63,818 nt of DNA, filler included, from Octopus bimaculoides (GCF_001194135.2; 5 parts of 5 records of this genome joined end to end with filler, not necessarily neighbours in it); one strand, 5' to 3'. Positions 11,575 to 24,989 are shown, counted from the whole stretch's first letter. Made by a program: numbers and translations. Notes: generated by a model not told the origin, from the sequence alone.

Positions 11575-11800
11575 TGTTTCAGTCATTGAGCTGCGGTCAT
11601 ACTGGGTCACCAGCTTGAAAGGGTTTAAGGGGTTTTATAGTCAGTTGAACAGATTCGGCCCCAGTACTCATTTTTTAAAGTCTGGTAGCTACCCTGTGGA
11701 ATTCTTATGTCGAGTCGATAAGTTTGGGGGACGTAAACAAACCATCACCGGTCGTCAAATGGTGCGTGATGGTCAAAAGTAGACACACATACGGTGGGCT
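11575..11800 (-). mobile_element. Degenerate SINE family B tail half
   Basis: TTGTTTCAGTCATT...GCGGTCATACTGG and CGTAAACAAACCATCACCGGTCGTCAA match the family B body. Confidence 0.65.
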
Positions 11801-13080
11801 TCAGGACAGTGAGACTACACATGAAACCATGCAGTTGCAAAATAAATTTCTTAACTCTGTAACCATGTAAGTTTTTTGTAGACCGATAAGTAATTTTACC
11901 TGAAAACCTTATTTAATTTGCTTCATTTAGTATTTGATTTCGGAATCATTTCTTCCCACAGCAAGAGTTTTAAACCTAATGTTTTCCGAAGAAAATACAT
12001 ATTACTTTAGGGTTTTCAAAAAATAGTCTGTTTTGCATTACACAGTTTGGATGTATTTTTGGGAAATAGCAACGTTTAGGTGGATATATCAAATACCTGT
12101 TTCAACAAATTAAGAATATAGTTAAAGGTTTAATAGAACTGAACCTAATATTCAGCTGTTTTGGTTATGTCTAGTTATACCAAAATTTGGATAAAAAATA
12201 CAATTTGGTGAAAGCTGATTAACAATTATTTGTTCAGAGAAATTGTAACGAATTTGCAATTTTAACTTTTTAATTAGAATGCGTTTGAATACTGAGGAAA
12301 TGTTTGCAAATTTTGATCGAAATACTACGCTTGCATGATTCTTTTTTCGATACACAGCAAACCAACGCAATTTCACTTGCTTTAAAAAAATTTAAATATA
12401 AATAATTCGCATCGCTGAACGAGCTACTTTTAACATTCAATGTACTGTTTACATTAAGAAACAATATAATCCATAAAGATAACCACGAACATTCAGACAA
12501 CATCCAATAACAAACTACCAGAAAGTAAAGTGCTGCACAAATCTATAAATAGTCGATAATACAACTTAACATAGATTCCTAACAAAACTTACCACATGAA
12601 ATTATGAGAAAACAAATACAAATATTCACACTATGACTAATACAGATGGTCGACAAATTATTTATCACCATGATTTGAAAATTCGAAGTCGACTATTCAC
12701 CCTCCAATAGCCATATGTTATATTTAAGGTAGTAACGGAAAGCTGAACCTAAATTTTGTATTATCAAAGTGACACTACAAAATCTGATAATATCAAAGTT
12801 ATTCGGCACAATCATATGTAAAACTCAGAAAATATCACAGTTACAGATATGGTATAGCCGATAATAAAATAGATATAAATTATCACAAGTATTTAGATAA
12901 AATATTACAGCATTTATTTCACCCAACAAGAAAACTATTAATTCATAATGAAATAATTTCTTTTGATTACTTGCTAGCATTCACATTCTGAAATTACTCA
13001 ACAAGCGCTCAAAAATATATGAATTAAGATAATAGAATATTTAGATAATAAAATTAACTTAACATTTTCTTTCTTGTCAG

Positions 13081-13185
13081 TAGGAGAGCAAATGATTCTG
13101 CTGAAATTAATGAACTCACAGATCCATTTTTACTATTTGAATTACGAATTATTTCTCTCCGTATTGAAAGATGTTTGTACAAAAG
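13081..13185 (+). CDS. Candidate isolated internal exon (105 bp), gene unknown
   Basis: Polypyrimidine acceptor TTTTCTTTCTTGTCAG and donor AAG|GTATGT. Length is a multiple of 3. Two frames are open: GEQMILLKLMNSQIHFYYLNYELFLSVLKDVCTK and RRANDSAEINELTDPFLLFELRIISLRIERCLYK. No family recognised. Confidence 0.4.
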
Positions 13186-13338
13186 GTATGTTATCACTCT
13201 TTCGTTAAATGACTCCATAACAAAGAGTTAGCAATGGAAAAATGATAGATGCGTTATGCAAAAGTTTGACTATTATTTAAATAAGACTAACCTTAACACA
13301 GCTAATTTCATGGGCATTATATTAAAGCTAACTTCTTT

Positions 13339-13770
13339 AAGGCGGTGAGCTGGCAGAAACATTAGCACACCGAGCGAAATGCTTAGCAGTATTTCGTCTG
13401 CCGTTACGTTCTGTGTTCAAATTCCGCCAAGATCGACTTTGCCATTCATCCTTTCGGGGTCGATAAGTTAAGTACCAGTTACGCACTGGGGTCGACGTAA
13501 TCGACTTAATCCCTTTGTCTGTCCTTATTTGTCCCCTCTATGTTTAGCTCCTTGTGAACAATAACGAAATAAGAAACGTTAACATGCCGAACGAAATGCT
13601 TAGCAGTATTTCGACTGTCTTTACGTTCTGAGTTCAAATTCCGCCGTGGTCGACTTTGCCTCTCATCCTTTCGGGGTCGATAAAGTAAGTATCAATTGCG
13701 TACTAGGGTCGATCTTATCGACTGACCCCCTCCACCAAAATGTCGGCCTTGTGCCTAGAGTAGAAACGAT
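13339..13770 (+). mobile_element. Dimeric SINE family A
   Basis: Same two-monomer layout and linker as 4653-5089. Imperfect TSD CTAACTT(C/T)TT. Confidence 0.9.
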
Positions 13771-13845
13771 TAAACCTAACTTTTTGAAGGTTCCGTATTG
13801 CAAATTTAACGAGATTTATGAACTGCAATGAGATGTTTAGCGCCT

Positions 13846-13882
13846 CTCTCTCTCTCTCTTTCTCCCTCTATCTCTCTCTCCT

Positions 13883-13916
<34 letters not shown>

Positions 13917-13931
13917 AATCTCTCTCTCTCT
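13846..13931. repeat. (CT)n microsatellite
   Basis: Direct run. Confidence 0.9.
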
Positions 13932-14766
13932 TTTAGACGATTTAGGCAGTTTGCCATTTTGAAGGTTGAAGTCTTCATTCCTATATTGATCATTCGCTTT
14001 GCACCGCCTATATTTATCACGCATAACACTTTACATGTAACCTTTATCTATATACGATTTTATGTGTATTTTTATATAGTTTTATATTTCTTCTATATTT
14101 TTATGTATGTTTGGTTTTTTTCTTTATACCCTTGGAGAATCTTTACGCCTGTACGTGCTTGATTTATGTTGATGTGTATAAATATATATGATTCAATTAC
14201 ATTGATTGAATATCTTCATTTATGAGTTCGGGAATCTCTTTACCTATGATTTGCGTTTTCAATTTCCTCTACTCTGTATATATATATATATATATATATA
14301 TAATGAAAGAGAGGAGAGAGAAAGAGAATATGGTATAGAAGCACTAAGCAATGGTGTATAGATACAAATTTGTTACCAGTTCGAACATGCCCGTAAGAAA
14401 ACCAATCACACTGTAGACAAATGGGTGTAAACACACCAAAGCAGTCGAATGGCCAGACTGACGGATGCATGCATTTCGGAGATGATATCTCAAAGTAAAA
14501 GAAACAATGAAGTCTAATGTACAGGTATGGCCAAAAGTCACTCGACAGTTAATCAAAATGCCATCATTACTTAATATTCAATTTTATTTATTCATTCCAA
14601 TTATGAAAGTTTATTAATTGAATGCCGTGAGCTCAAATCACCGTTTTCTTTTTTTCGAAATTTGTCTATTTATTAGCGAAGTCTCATATCAAATAACCTG
14701 TATATCAAGTCTCATATCAAATAACCTGTATATATTAGGATTACATTACTTAATAATACAATTCTA

Positions 14767-15678
14767 CGAGGTGCATTCAAAAATATTTAAATTATTTTTT
14801 CCCTTCAAAACTAATGCCGCGTGCGCAAAATCCTTTGAGTGGGAGGTGAGGCTGCCATTCCTTAACGGGGCCTGAAAATTTTGGCGCCGGTCGGCTGCGT
14901 CAGTCGTCGGCTGTTACACCTAGTGTACAGACGCGTGTTGTGCACGATCTTCAAGTTTTCGTTTTCGTCGAACTCATCGAGCAGAAATATTGCATCAACC
15001 TTTGTGAAAAGCTTGGTAATACTCAAGGTCGAATAATCAAGATGATTCAGAAGGCCTTTACTGATGATGCAATGGGAAGATCAAAGAGTGGTACATCCGC
15101 TTCAAACATGGCTGCACCGACCTCAGCGTGTCACATTCAGGCAGGCCATCCACAAGCCGAAACGAGGAGCCGATTGAAAAGATTCGGTGAATAGTCATAG
15201 AAGATCCAGTGAATAGTCATAGAAGATCCAGAAAATTGCTCACTAAGTAGGAATAAGCACAAGGTTAATGTATCCTATTTTGACGAGTTGCGCATGCGGA
15301 GTGTGTCGGTGAAATTTGTGCCCAAGGTGCTGGCGTAACAATACAAGTAACACTGCATTGAAATAGCCCGGGACATGCTGGACTGTACAAACCACGACGA
15401 CCTAGACTTCATGAAGAACATCGTCACTGGGGATGAGATGTAGGTTTATGGTTTCTGCTCGATGCGTACGGCCATCGTGCGTGGAAACGAAAACCCGATT
15501 ATCACGCACAATACATTTGTACTTTAGGCATAACAGACGGGAGCTGACGAGGCCTAGCGGCGCAAACATTTCTGGCGTGCTCAGGAAGGGTGATATCACC
15601 TCTCATCTAAAGGATTTTACCCACGTGGCATTCATTTGGGTGCGAAAAATATAAACGGATATTTTTGGACGTACCTCG
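14767..15678 (+). mobile_element. Degraded, internally deleted mariner transposon
   Basis: TA-flanked TIRs CGAGGTGCATTCAAAAATAT and reverse complement CGAGGTACGTCCAAAAATAT. Motifs EQKYCINLCEKLGNTQ, AFTDDAMG and FMKNIVTGDEM*VYG. Confidence 0.88.
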
Positions 15679-16842
15679 TACATATAAGAATTAATGATAC
15701 GTTATTATTTATTTGTTTTTATTGTAAGAAGCAAAAATAAGCTTAAATAAATAAAGAAGAAACATTTGCGATGAATAACAAAATATTTATGGTAACAAAG
15801 TTGTCAGGGGTAATCAAATATGAAGCAAAATAATACATCCAGTAACTGAAGCTAGTGTGTATAATCTTCATACTTAATAACAATTCATGTTACTAGGTTC
15901 AACAGAAAACATTTTTGAAATAATTATGAAGATTATAAAGAGGTATTGAGAAAATATGTATACACAGACGAGCATAATTAATATATTAATGTTAAGGGAA
16001 TAAATACAAGACCATCAATGAAATTATAAACAGAAAGTAAAATTAGACAGTGTAGTAAAGTAACTAATAGCTAATTGATAGGTAATTTTGAATGAATTTG
16101 TTTTTATTTGGAGATAAATATATAAGAAAACAAGACGTCTGCTTTCAAGTAATTTCTTATAAGGATTTCTTATAAACAGACTGAACATGGTATTAAAAAC
16201 AATTAAGAATAAATCTAGTCAAGATAACTTATCCTAAAATCAAATTTCTCGATATCAGAATTGCGAAATTTTGCAAGCTGAATAAGTGAAGCAGATCGAA
16301 CCAAAGCTGAAGGCCTTCTACTCATAGTTGACCCAAAGAGAGCATTTAAGAAAATCGAATGTTATGTGTATTTATCCACTCGTTCATATATATTTACATA
16401 CTTACATTCCCACACACACACACACACGCGCGCGCGCGTATATATTCATATTTTTATATGCATATATACAAGCATACATATACCGCTATGCATATAAGTA
16501 TACATGAAAAAATGCATATTACAAAGTCAGTCTACAAATACTGAAATATAGGTCGAATCAATAACTAAAAATGAATGAGAATATATGCAGGAAAACGTAT
16601 TAGAGGCGTGAGTAGAGTAGAGTCATTTTTAGGTAATATTTTCTCATTTTTTAATCCATCAAGAAAGGTAATCGATTTAACTGTTTTAATAAGATAATTG
16701 ATTTAAATGTTAATAGGATAATCGATATAAGTGTTTTAATAATTTTCATTATCGGACGTAATAAATCTCGATTGCATATTTAATATTTGTATATATCTGA
16801 TTAAATATTAATATTTTGTGTAGTTCACTTTCATAATTTATT

Positions 16843-16957
16843 CGTTTCAGTCACTACACTGCGGCCATGCTGGGGCGCCGCGATGAACAACTCGACACAG
16901 GTATTAATTATTTTTAAATCTTCATACCTATTCTATCGGAAGGTGTAAGAAGTCCGT

Positions 16958-17007
<50 letters not shown>

Positions 17008-17011
17008 TGTC

Positions 17012-17092
<81 letters not shown>

Positions 17093-17350
17093 GTATAGAT
17101 GTAAGTATGTACATATACGTATGTATATATGCATATATATATTATTTATATTATATATATATATATACACACACACACATATATATATTCACGATGGGCT
17201 TCTTTCTACCAAATGCACTTACAAAGATTTGACAGGCCTAGGGTATAGTGGTCATAGTAGAAGACACTCACTCAATGGGCCACGCAGTGGGGCCGAAACC
17301 GAAGCCATATGTTTGGGAAGCAAACTTCTTACTACGCAGTCATGCCTGCT
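16843..17350 (-). mobile_element. Broken SINE family B with an expanded internal microsatellite (about 16950-17185)
   Basis: Tail fragment CTGCGGCCATGCTGG at about 16858 and head half ACGATGGGCTTCTT...ACTACGCAGTCA at 17191-17345. Confidence 0.75.
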
Positions 17351-18652
17351 CTTATATATCTGTTTATTATAATATTAATAATAGAACTTATTGTCTTTTC
17401 TTGAATACATTAGTTACAAATTTTCTGATCTACTGTCTTTGGAGTCACTTATTTAATCATATTCCATTACTGGGGTTTAATTATTGGAGGTCGTATGCAT
17501 TAAATTTGTCCCAGAAATATGAGTCAATACACACACCTAGAAACAGGTAAGCAACAGAAAACGGCGACAAGCACGCTTAAAAATGGCACTTTCAGAGATT
17601 GAAATGTAAACCAGTTACCAACGATAAGTAGAAGGACGGAAAAAAACACAAGACAGGTGAAAATATAAAACGAACCATGAGGCTGTCTAAAAATTTGAAA
17701 ATGTGTCATGTCTGCATTAGTAAAGATAGCAACTATTGGAAGAAAATACCTCACTGACTGCAAACTCAAAGAAGGTAAGTGAAAACGAAATAAACAACGC
17801 CAGTCTGTGTTAACGTATTAGTTGGGTGACAAGTAGATAAAAAAAAAACAAACAATAAAAACCAGATGAATAATCACTCACGCACAGACACACACACACA
17901 CAAATACACGCGCGCGCGCACAAATGCGTATATACATATGCAAGCAGAAATACGTATGTTCATGTGTGTGCCTGATGTACTTAAATCCGTAATTGATTGT
18001 CGTAGTAACGATGTCGGTAGTGTGTAAGTCAATGGGGGGGGGCGTGATTCGTGGATGGAAGTGAAATAAGAAGTTGACAAGGTACAAGTTTCTTTAACTT
18101 AGATTTTTTTAAAATATCGAAATATTTAACGCAGACATCATGGTGCAAAATCGAGTGTTAAAGGTTATCTTCATAGATTCAATTTTTAAAAAGTCACAGA
18201 TGTGCTAAAACAACGGAGGGAAAGCAATGTGAAAATTACAGTTTGGTTGAATCAAAATTATAAATGCAATTTTAGATGCAATATTTATAATGCTTGTTTG
18301 CGCGTTTGACTGAAATTAGATATTTAAATTAAGTGATATATGTGTGTGTATTTAAATATACATATATTTTGTACAAACACACACACGTAACTAACAAGGA
18401 GGGATGGCAGTATGTATGCCCGTGCCAGATCGTCTGAGACTGGTTCGAGAGAGAGGTAAGTTATCCTCAAGCAGGTTTCTCGAGCCAATGCTTGCCTAAT
18501 GTTCACTCTGCTATGTGCACACAAGGTATCAGATTGTTGTGTTTAAGTAGGCAATCGTTCTAAGTCTGACACTCAGTGTTGGATCTCGGTATGCACATAC
18601 CTGTACGTATATATGCATATACTCATTTACTATTTGTTTATANNNNNNNNNN

Positions 18653-18692
<40 letters not shown>

Positions 18693-18693
<1 letters not shown>

Positions 18694-18846
18694 ATAGTTG
18701 TTAAACAGGACGTCAAACACTAAGGCAAGGCAAACATCTCAAGTCATATACAATATTATTATAGGAAGAAATTCCTATAATATTAATGTGTATCACTTGA
18801 GATGTTTGCCTTGCTTTAATGTTCGACGTCCTGTTTAACAGTTATA
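18693..18846. repeat. Long hairpin / palindromic MITE-like element with GAAA tetraloop
   Basis: Arms 18699-18767 and 18772-18840 pair without indels, with 7 mismatches in 69 bp by manual count. Loop GAAA at 18768-18771; TA at both flanks. Confidence 0.9.
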
Positions 18847-19621
18847 GATCCGCTGCCTCCGAAATCTGCAATGGCTCCATACCCATTATCTTGGCTATAA
18901 CCTTGGAGCCCCAGTAATCCGTTACATCACTTACCTTGAGTACCTAATCGTTTAGATCACCTGTGAACTAAGCCCACATGCTTTGTATATTTATAACTGT
19001 TATGAATCAACATTGTAGCGTGGCACATACTGTATTTCCTTCGTTAGAACTGTGGTTTCAATTCATATGAAGTCATCTTTGATAAAATAAATAAAGCTGC
19101 CATGCAATGCTTCAAGAGTTGTTGACGTGACTCTGCGTAAAAATATTGAGAATACACCATGTTTCGAATTCGTTCTGTTGTTGAAATGGATAAAAGCTTT
19201 CGAGATTTCGTTTTCAAAAATTTAAAAAAATTTCAGTGAAATAGTCATAAGAGAATGCTGATGAGAATGAAACTAATATTTTAGTACCGGCAATCGCAAG
19301 TAGCTCGTTTTATAAAGTATTCGCATTTTAGCATATAGTGTTGTAACTCTCAAGTTAGAAGAGGTAAACAGTTGGAAGACAAACATTGTTTTCGAGTAAG
19401 TTTCTTCCTAAGGCTACGCACTTTAGTATTACCTGAAGATTATAGTTTTTCAAGAAATAAATCTTACAGTAAAGAGTGTTAGGTTTTAATTACGTGTGCT
19501 ATTTCTACCAGCTTACTTGAACATATAAAGACCTTTTTATTAAATTGATGCTGTTGCATTAGGCCCACGATCCACTTGATGTCAAATTAAACGAATCAAC
19601 TGAATCTAAAGAAACACATAT

Positions 19622-20038
19622 TCTTTTATTCTTTTGCAGGTTTCAGTCATTTGACTGCGGCCATGCTGAAGCACCGCCTTTAGTCGAAGATATCGACCCC
19701 AGGACTTATTCTTTGTAAGTCTAGTACTTATTCTATCGGTTCTTTTGCCAAACCGCTAAGTTACAGAGACGTAAACATACCAGCATCGGTTGTCAAGCGA
19801 TGGTGGGGGGACAAACACAAACACACAAACATACACATACACACAAACGCACACACGCACACACATATATATACGACGGGCTTCTTTTAGTTTCTGTCTA
19901 CCAAATAGGCTCACAACGCTTTGGTCGGCCCGAGGCTATAGTGGAAGACACTTGCCCAAGAATCCATGCCGTGGGACTGAACACAGACCCATGTGGTTGG
20001 TAAGTAAGCTATTTACCACACAGCCACTCTTACGCCTA
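19622..20038 (-). mobile_element. SINE family B, full length
   Basis: Collinear with 7052-7453 and 45516-45927. Confidence 0.9.
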
Positions 20039-20060
20039 ATCTTAAACATTATTTCTAAAC

Positions 20061-20228
20061 GTTGGTATTTCCCCCGTCGCTACGTTCTGAGTTCAAATTC
20101 CACCGAGGTCGACGTTGCCTTTCATCCTTTCGGGGTCGATAAAATAAGTACCAGTCAAATACTGAGGTCGATGTGATCGACTAACCCCCTCCCCAAAAAT
20201 TTCAGGCCTTGTGCCAATAGTAGAAAGG
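20061..20228 (+). mobile_element. 5'-truncated SINE family A
   Basis: 13-bp TSD ATTATTTCTAAAC at 20048-20060 and 20229-20241; body matches family A. Confidence 0.88.
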
Positions 20229-21226
20229 ATTATTTCTAAACATCGAACATTAAATCTATAATAGCGTTCCACTTCTTCCGTGACATTAAATAATTTCATT
20301 CTTAATTTCTATAAATGTTATTAATAATTAGATTTATAAAAACGAGAATTTATCCCATTTTACACTAGAAACCCCATTGAATGCATCATTTTGTCAGAAA
20401 ATACACTTTTAGATTTCCATTCAATATTCGATAAACGGATTTGTCATTTAACACTTGAGAATATTTCGGCAAATTGTATCGGCGGGTATTTAAGCGTTTC
20501 TCTTGATCCTTGGTATGTTGTATATTAATGCGGGCATAATTAGAGCTGGACGCTAAATCTATGTTCAACATCGGACAGAATATTGTTAATGAAATATATG
20601 AAGCATGAAAGAACTTTCAGACAATTGTCGATCTGTTTATTCCTTGCAAAAGTTAATGCTATCTGTGAATGCCTTAACGGTTGGTGAATAATGCTTTCTT
20701 CTGAATAGTTTATATACAAGCAGAACAAACGCAATTATGTATGTGCTCCAGAATAACCATATTATTTTAATAACGATGGACAAAAACATCAGCACAACCA
20801 GAATATAATTAAAATATTAATCTCGCAAACAATATTTAATGTTTCCAAAGAGGTGCCAACATTTGTATAAATTGTGAAGTGAATTAGCTTTAGCTTTCTC
20901 GAGTGTTGTACATCACAGAAGCTCAAAATTCCCATTAACAGTTATATATAGTCACAAGCAGAAATTTTTCGACAGCCACCACCACCGATTCTTATTGAAA
21001 GTAAATGCCACTTTTATAAAGCAAACTAGGACATGATATCGTGCAATTCGAGCATCTTTGAGTCTTATTGGTTAAGATATCTTTTATCATTAGCTGAAAT
21101 TAATTTCATACCGGACTAATTTTCTTTGAATAACATTGCAGCACATTCTTGAGATGTGATACAAAACAGTAAGGAAACAAATAATGTTCATACACTCTTT
21201 TTATTTCACATGAGTATCAACCATTG

Positions 21227-21615
21227 GAGGCGCAATGGCCCAGTGGTTAGGGCAGCGGACTCGCGGTTATAGGATCACGGTTTCGATTCCCAGACCGGGC
21301 GTTGTGAGTGTTTATTGAGCGAAAACACCTAAAGCTCCACGAGAGTCCGGCAGGGGATGGTGGTGAACCCTGCTGCACTCTTCCACCACAACTTTCTCTC
21401 ACTCTTACTTCCTGTTTCTGTTGTGCCTGTAATTCAAAGGGTCGGCCTTGTCACTCTGTGTCACGCTGAATATCCCCAACAACTACATTAAGGTACGCGT
21501 GTCTGTGGAGTGCTCAGCCACTTCCAAGTTAATTTCAGGAGCAGGCTGTTCTGTTGATCGGATCAACTGGAACCCTCGACGTCGTAAGCGACGGAGTGCC
21601 AACAACAACAACATT
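21227..21615 (+). mobile_element. tRNA-derived SINE (family C) with (CAA)n tail
   Basis: A-box TGGCCCAGTGG, B-box GGTTTCGATTCC and CAACAACAAC tail. 8-bp TSD AACCATTG at 21219-21226 and 21616-21623. Confidence 0.88.
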
Positions 21616-22332
21616 AACCATTGAAGTAAAAAAAAGATCCCTGGTCTATTCTAATTAATCATTACATAACATCAGATTAGTCCCTCCTTCAGTCGTCTGA
21701 CACTATTACATTATTCGTATCTAACGCAAGCCAGCAAACGAACCTGTACATGATCTCTCACTATACGGAAATTTAGTGGCCAAATCTTATTTAAATATAT
21801 CCTACTATCTTAAAAAACGAGACATTTGTTAATGCGATCTGGGTTTTCCTGCAATTAAGGAAAAGACGTTATGTCTATGAGTGGAACGCATTTCACATTA
21901 AGATTATTTAACTGGTGTTGACTTAAAGCTGTACAACAGCAACAGCAACAACTTGCTAAACAATTCTATTTAGCTTGAAATTTTCAGGCCATAGTAAGGT
22001 AGCAAAAGCTAGTATGTAATCTAGCACCGTATACATAACTAAAAGAAATATCTAGAAAACACTGGCAAATTCGTGTCACACACAACAGTGGCAAAGTATT
22101 TTCTCTGTGTATATTAGCCTTCGAAATACTACTTGAAAGTCGTGTGCAAACAAGAGAAATCATCAGCTACGTTTCAAAACACTGCATTGATTGACCAAGC
22201 ATATATATATATATATATAATTGAAATGATATGCGTTCATATAGATATAAATATAAGTATCTATGTGTGAGTGTATACACACACACACATATATATATAC
22301 CTACATACATATATATGTATATATTTGTTTCT

Positions 22333-22398
<66 letters not shown>

Positions 22399-23120
22399 GT
22401 ATACACACATACATATATTAAGAAGTTCTGAGACAAATATAGGATGCCTAATTAATTTCCTCAGAATAATTAAATTCTCGATGTGGACATTAAGCCATCT
22501 GAATAGAACTTGCGGAAGCGAAAAATCTTCTCTGCAAATAATTTAACTGGAATAATGAGAAAAAAAAAAAAAAACAAGTGCAAGAAAATATCTTCTATAG
22601 CGGAAGCAACACAGTAATCCAATATCCTGCTATTAAGCATTAAAACGAAGTTTTACAAAAATATGAAAACTCTGAATGATAAAAATATCAGTTTTTATTT
22701 AATTTCTATGACTTGTAATATTGCTTAAATGTATTTTAAGTTCCGTGTGATATGAAATACTTTATGAATATATACAGCGAACTATTAATTAGAGGCGAGT
22801 ATTTCGCGAAATTAGTTCGTTACCCGGAGTCGATTGGTCATTTTTTTTTTATTTACTTCATTAATACATTTGAGAAAGACTTGTTGCAAGTTTTTACTTT
22901 ACTCTTAGGAATACAGTGAACTCTGTCAATTCCACCCCCGAAAGCTATAGGTTACAGAATTTCCTATTGTTTCTATAAAAAACATAGAGGTCATATTATA
23001 ACATTTTAAACGAGACATGAATCGCATTAAACTATCGATAATAAATATCCTTTGTGTAGATGGACTTACGAGGAATATAATTGAAGAATAAAATCTCACT
23101 GCGTTTCCTATGTTATTGTG

Positions 23121-23418
23121 CAGGCTGGTCCGAAATTCTTTTCACCACCTGTAAATATTGTTTTAATTTTCTATTAACAAAGAGAGGGTTTCACAAGAGC
23201 GATACCAGAATACCCAACAGCTGAAGGACACTGTTTCGGCAGCTTTGCAACAATCACCAAAGCACAGCTTCGTAAAATATCACACAGGAGATGGCGCCGC
23301 ATCATTTTGTGCCACGAAAATGATGGTGTTTATACAGACCTTGTCGATGTGTGAGAGTGTCGGTGTCAATGAAAGTGAATATACTAAAACCACTTAAATT
23401 TTTTTGAGGACCACCCTA
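23121..23418 (+). mobile_element. Short non-autonomous Tc1/mariner derivative
   Basis: Ends CAGGCTGGTCC and reverse complement TAGGGTGGTCC. Retains a transposase-like C-terminus FATITKAQLRKISHRRWRRIILCHENDGVYTD. Confidence 0.6.
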
Positions 23419-23530
23419 TACATTGGTAGGAAGTTAATATTTTAAACGAAATGTAATTTTCACAAGCTTGCGATAATTCTTTCCTTCTCTCATCTTAACA
23501 ATTCCAACTGTCATATAATTCCAACTCACA

Positions 23531-23608
<78 letters not shown>
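23531..23608. repeat. (ATT)n microsatellite
   Basis: Pure run abutting the Dong fragment. Confidence 0.95.
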
Positions 23609-24752
23609 CCTTCAGTCTCTGCTTTGAGTCCTGAGCTTCTCAACCGTTGCTGGGATTTTTCTCTGTCTATTTCTTTTGCATTTAGTTTAGCCCAGTATTT
23701 GCCATGAAGCGGCTTTTCTTGCCATCCTTTTATCATGGTCCGTTGCTGCTCAAGTTTTAGTTTGGATTTCATTTGTTTTATAGCTTTTGTTGTTTCTTCT
23801 TCTTCATATTTGTTAGGTAGTATGACTTCTTGTTTGTATTTGTCAGCTTCCTTAAATACTGAAAGCAGTTTTTTTGCTTTGCTCGTGTTTTGTGGCTATC
23901 TGTATTAGCTTTCCTTGCTTCTGAAGTAGATATTTTTGCAGTCCTATATTGGTTATTTTATAACAGTTTTCTAGTTGTATAAGGCCACTACCACCTTCTA
24001 TACCTTGCATATATAGCCTTTCTATCTCAGATTTTGGGTGGTGCATCCTAGATCCTGTCATTATTTTTCTTGTTTTCCTGTCTATTTTGGTTAGTTCATT
24101 TAGTGTCCAGTTAAGGATATTGTAGCTGTAACTTATAACTGGGACGGCTAAAGTGTTAATACCTAATATCTTGTTTTTAGCATTGAGCTTTGTTTTCAGT
24201 ATTGATCTAACTCATCTATTGTATTCTTTCCTTATTTTCTCTTTCATTTGTGTGTGTTGTATCATATCTAGCTCATTGATTCCTAAATATTTGTATGCCT
24301 AGCTTTTGTCTAATTCTCTTATTTCATTGGCTTTATCTAGTATGATGTTGCTTCTCTTAACTAGTTTTCCTCTTTTCAAAGTTGCTTTGGCACATTTTTC
24401 TAATCCAAATTTCATATCTATTTCTTTGGTAAATCCATGTACTGTCTGTAGTAGTGTTTCCAGCTGTTTATCATTTATAGCGTATAGTTTTAGGCCATCC
24501 ATATATAAAAAGTGGCTGATTGTTTTGCCGTAACATTTGTATCCACATCCAGTTCTGTTTAGCATGTCAGATAAAGGTATCAGTGCCAAGCAGAGAAGAA
24601 GTGGAGAGAGCGTGTCTCCCTAGAATATTCCTCTTCTAATGGGGATGGTTTTGGTTTTCGCGAGTCACTCTTTGTTTCGAGCTGTAGCACTGTCTGCCAT
24701 TTATTCATAGAGTGTCTTACGTATTTTATAATTATTGGTGCTACCTTGTTCT
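23609..24752 (-). mobile_element. R4/Dong-clade LINE reverse transcriptase fragment (pseudogenised)
   Basis: RRGIF*GDTLSPLL, ISHFLYMDGLKLYA, MKFGLEKCAKATLKRGKL, MHHPKSEIERLY and LHGKYW...LRSSGLKAETEG, with stops and frameshifts. Confidence 0.92.
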
Positions 24753-24988
24753 ATCATTTTCGATGATGCCGTCGAGTTTATGTTCGTACCACATTTTTGC
24801 TGTGTCAAGTTCATACTGTATGGGCTACTGGCGTACATTGACTGGTAGTATGCCATACGGTTTCACCATTTTATCCACAAATTCCAAAAATATCACTTTC
24901 TGGTGTGTTGTCTATTCTATATTTGATATAATTCCTTCTTAATGCTTGCTCTTGGGCAGCACAGATTAGATCGGCCGTTTCCGGTTTA
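24753..24988 (-). mobile_element. R4/Dong-clade post-RT fragment from a second family, placed upstream of the RT fragment
   Basis: KPETADLICAAQEQALRRNYIKYRID...GETVWH...WYEHK..GIIEN. DNA is homologous to 11290-11400, with an internal deletion. Confidence 0.85.
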
Positions 24989-24989
24989 C

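Noticed and set aside
16669-16742. Three about 25-bp AT-rich direct repeats (TAATCGAT...)
   Set aside because: Short, degenerate slippage repeat with nothing suggesting function.
21227-21300. tRNA gene
   Set aside because: A/B boxes continue into a SINE body with tail and TSD; no complete cloverleaf.
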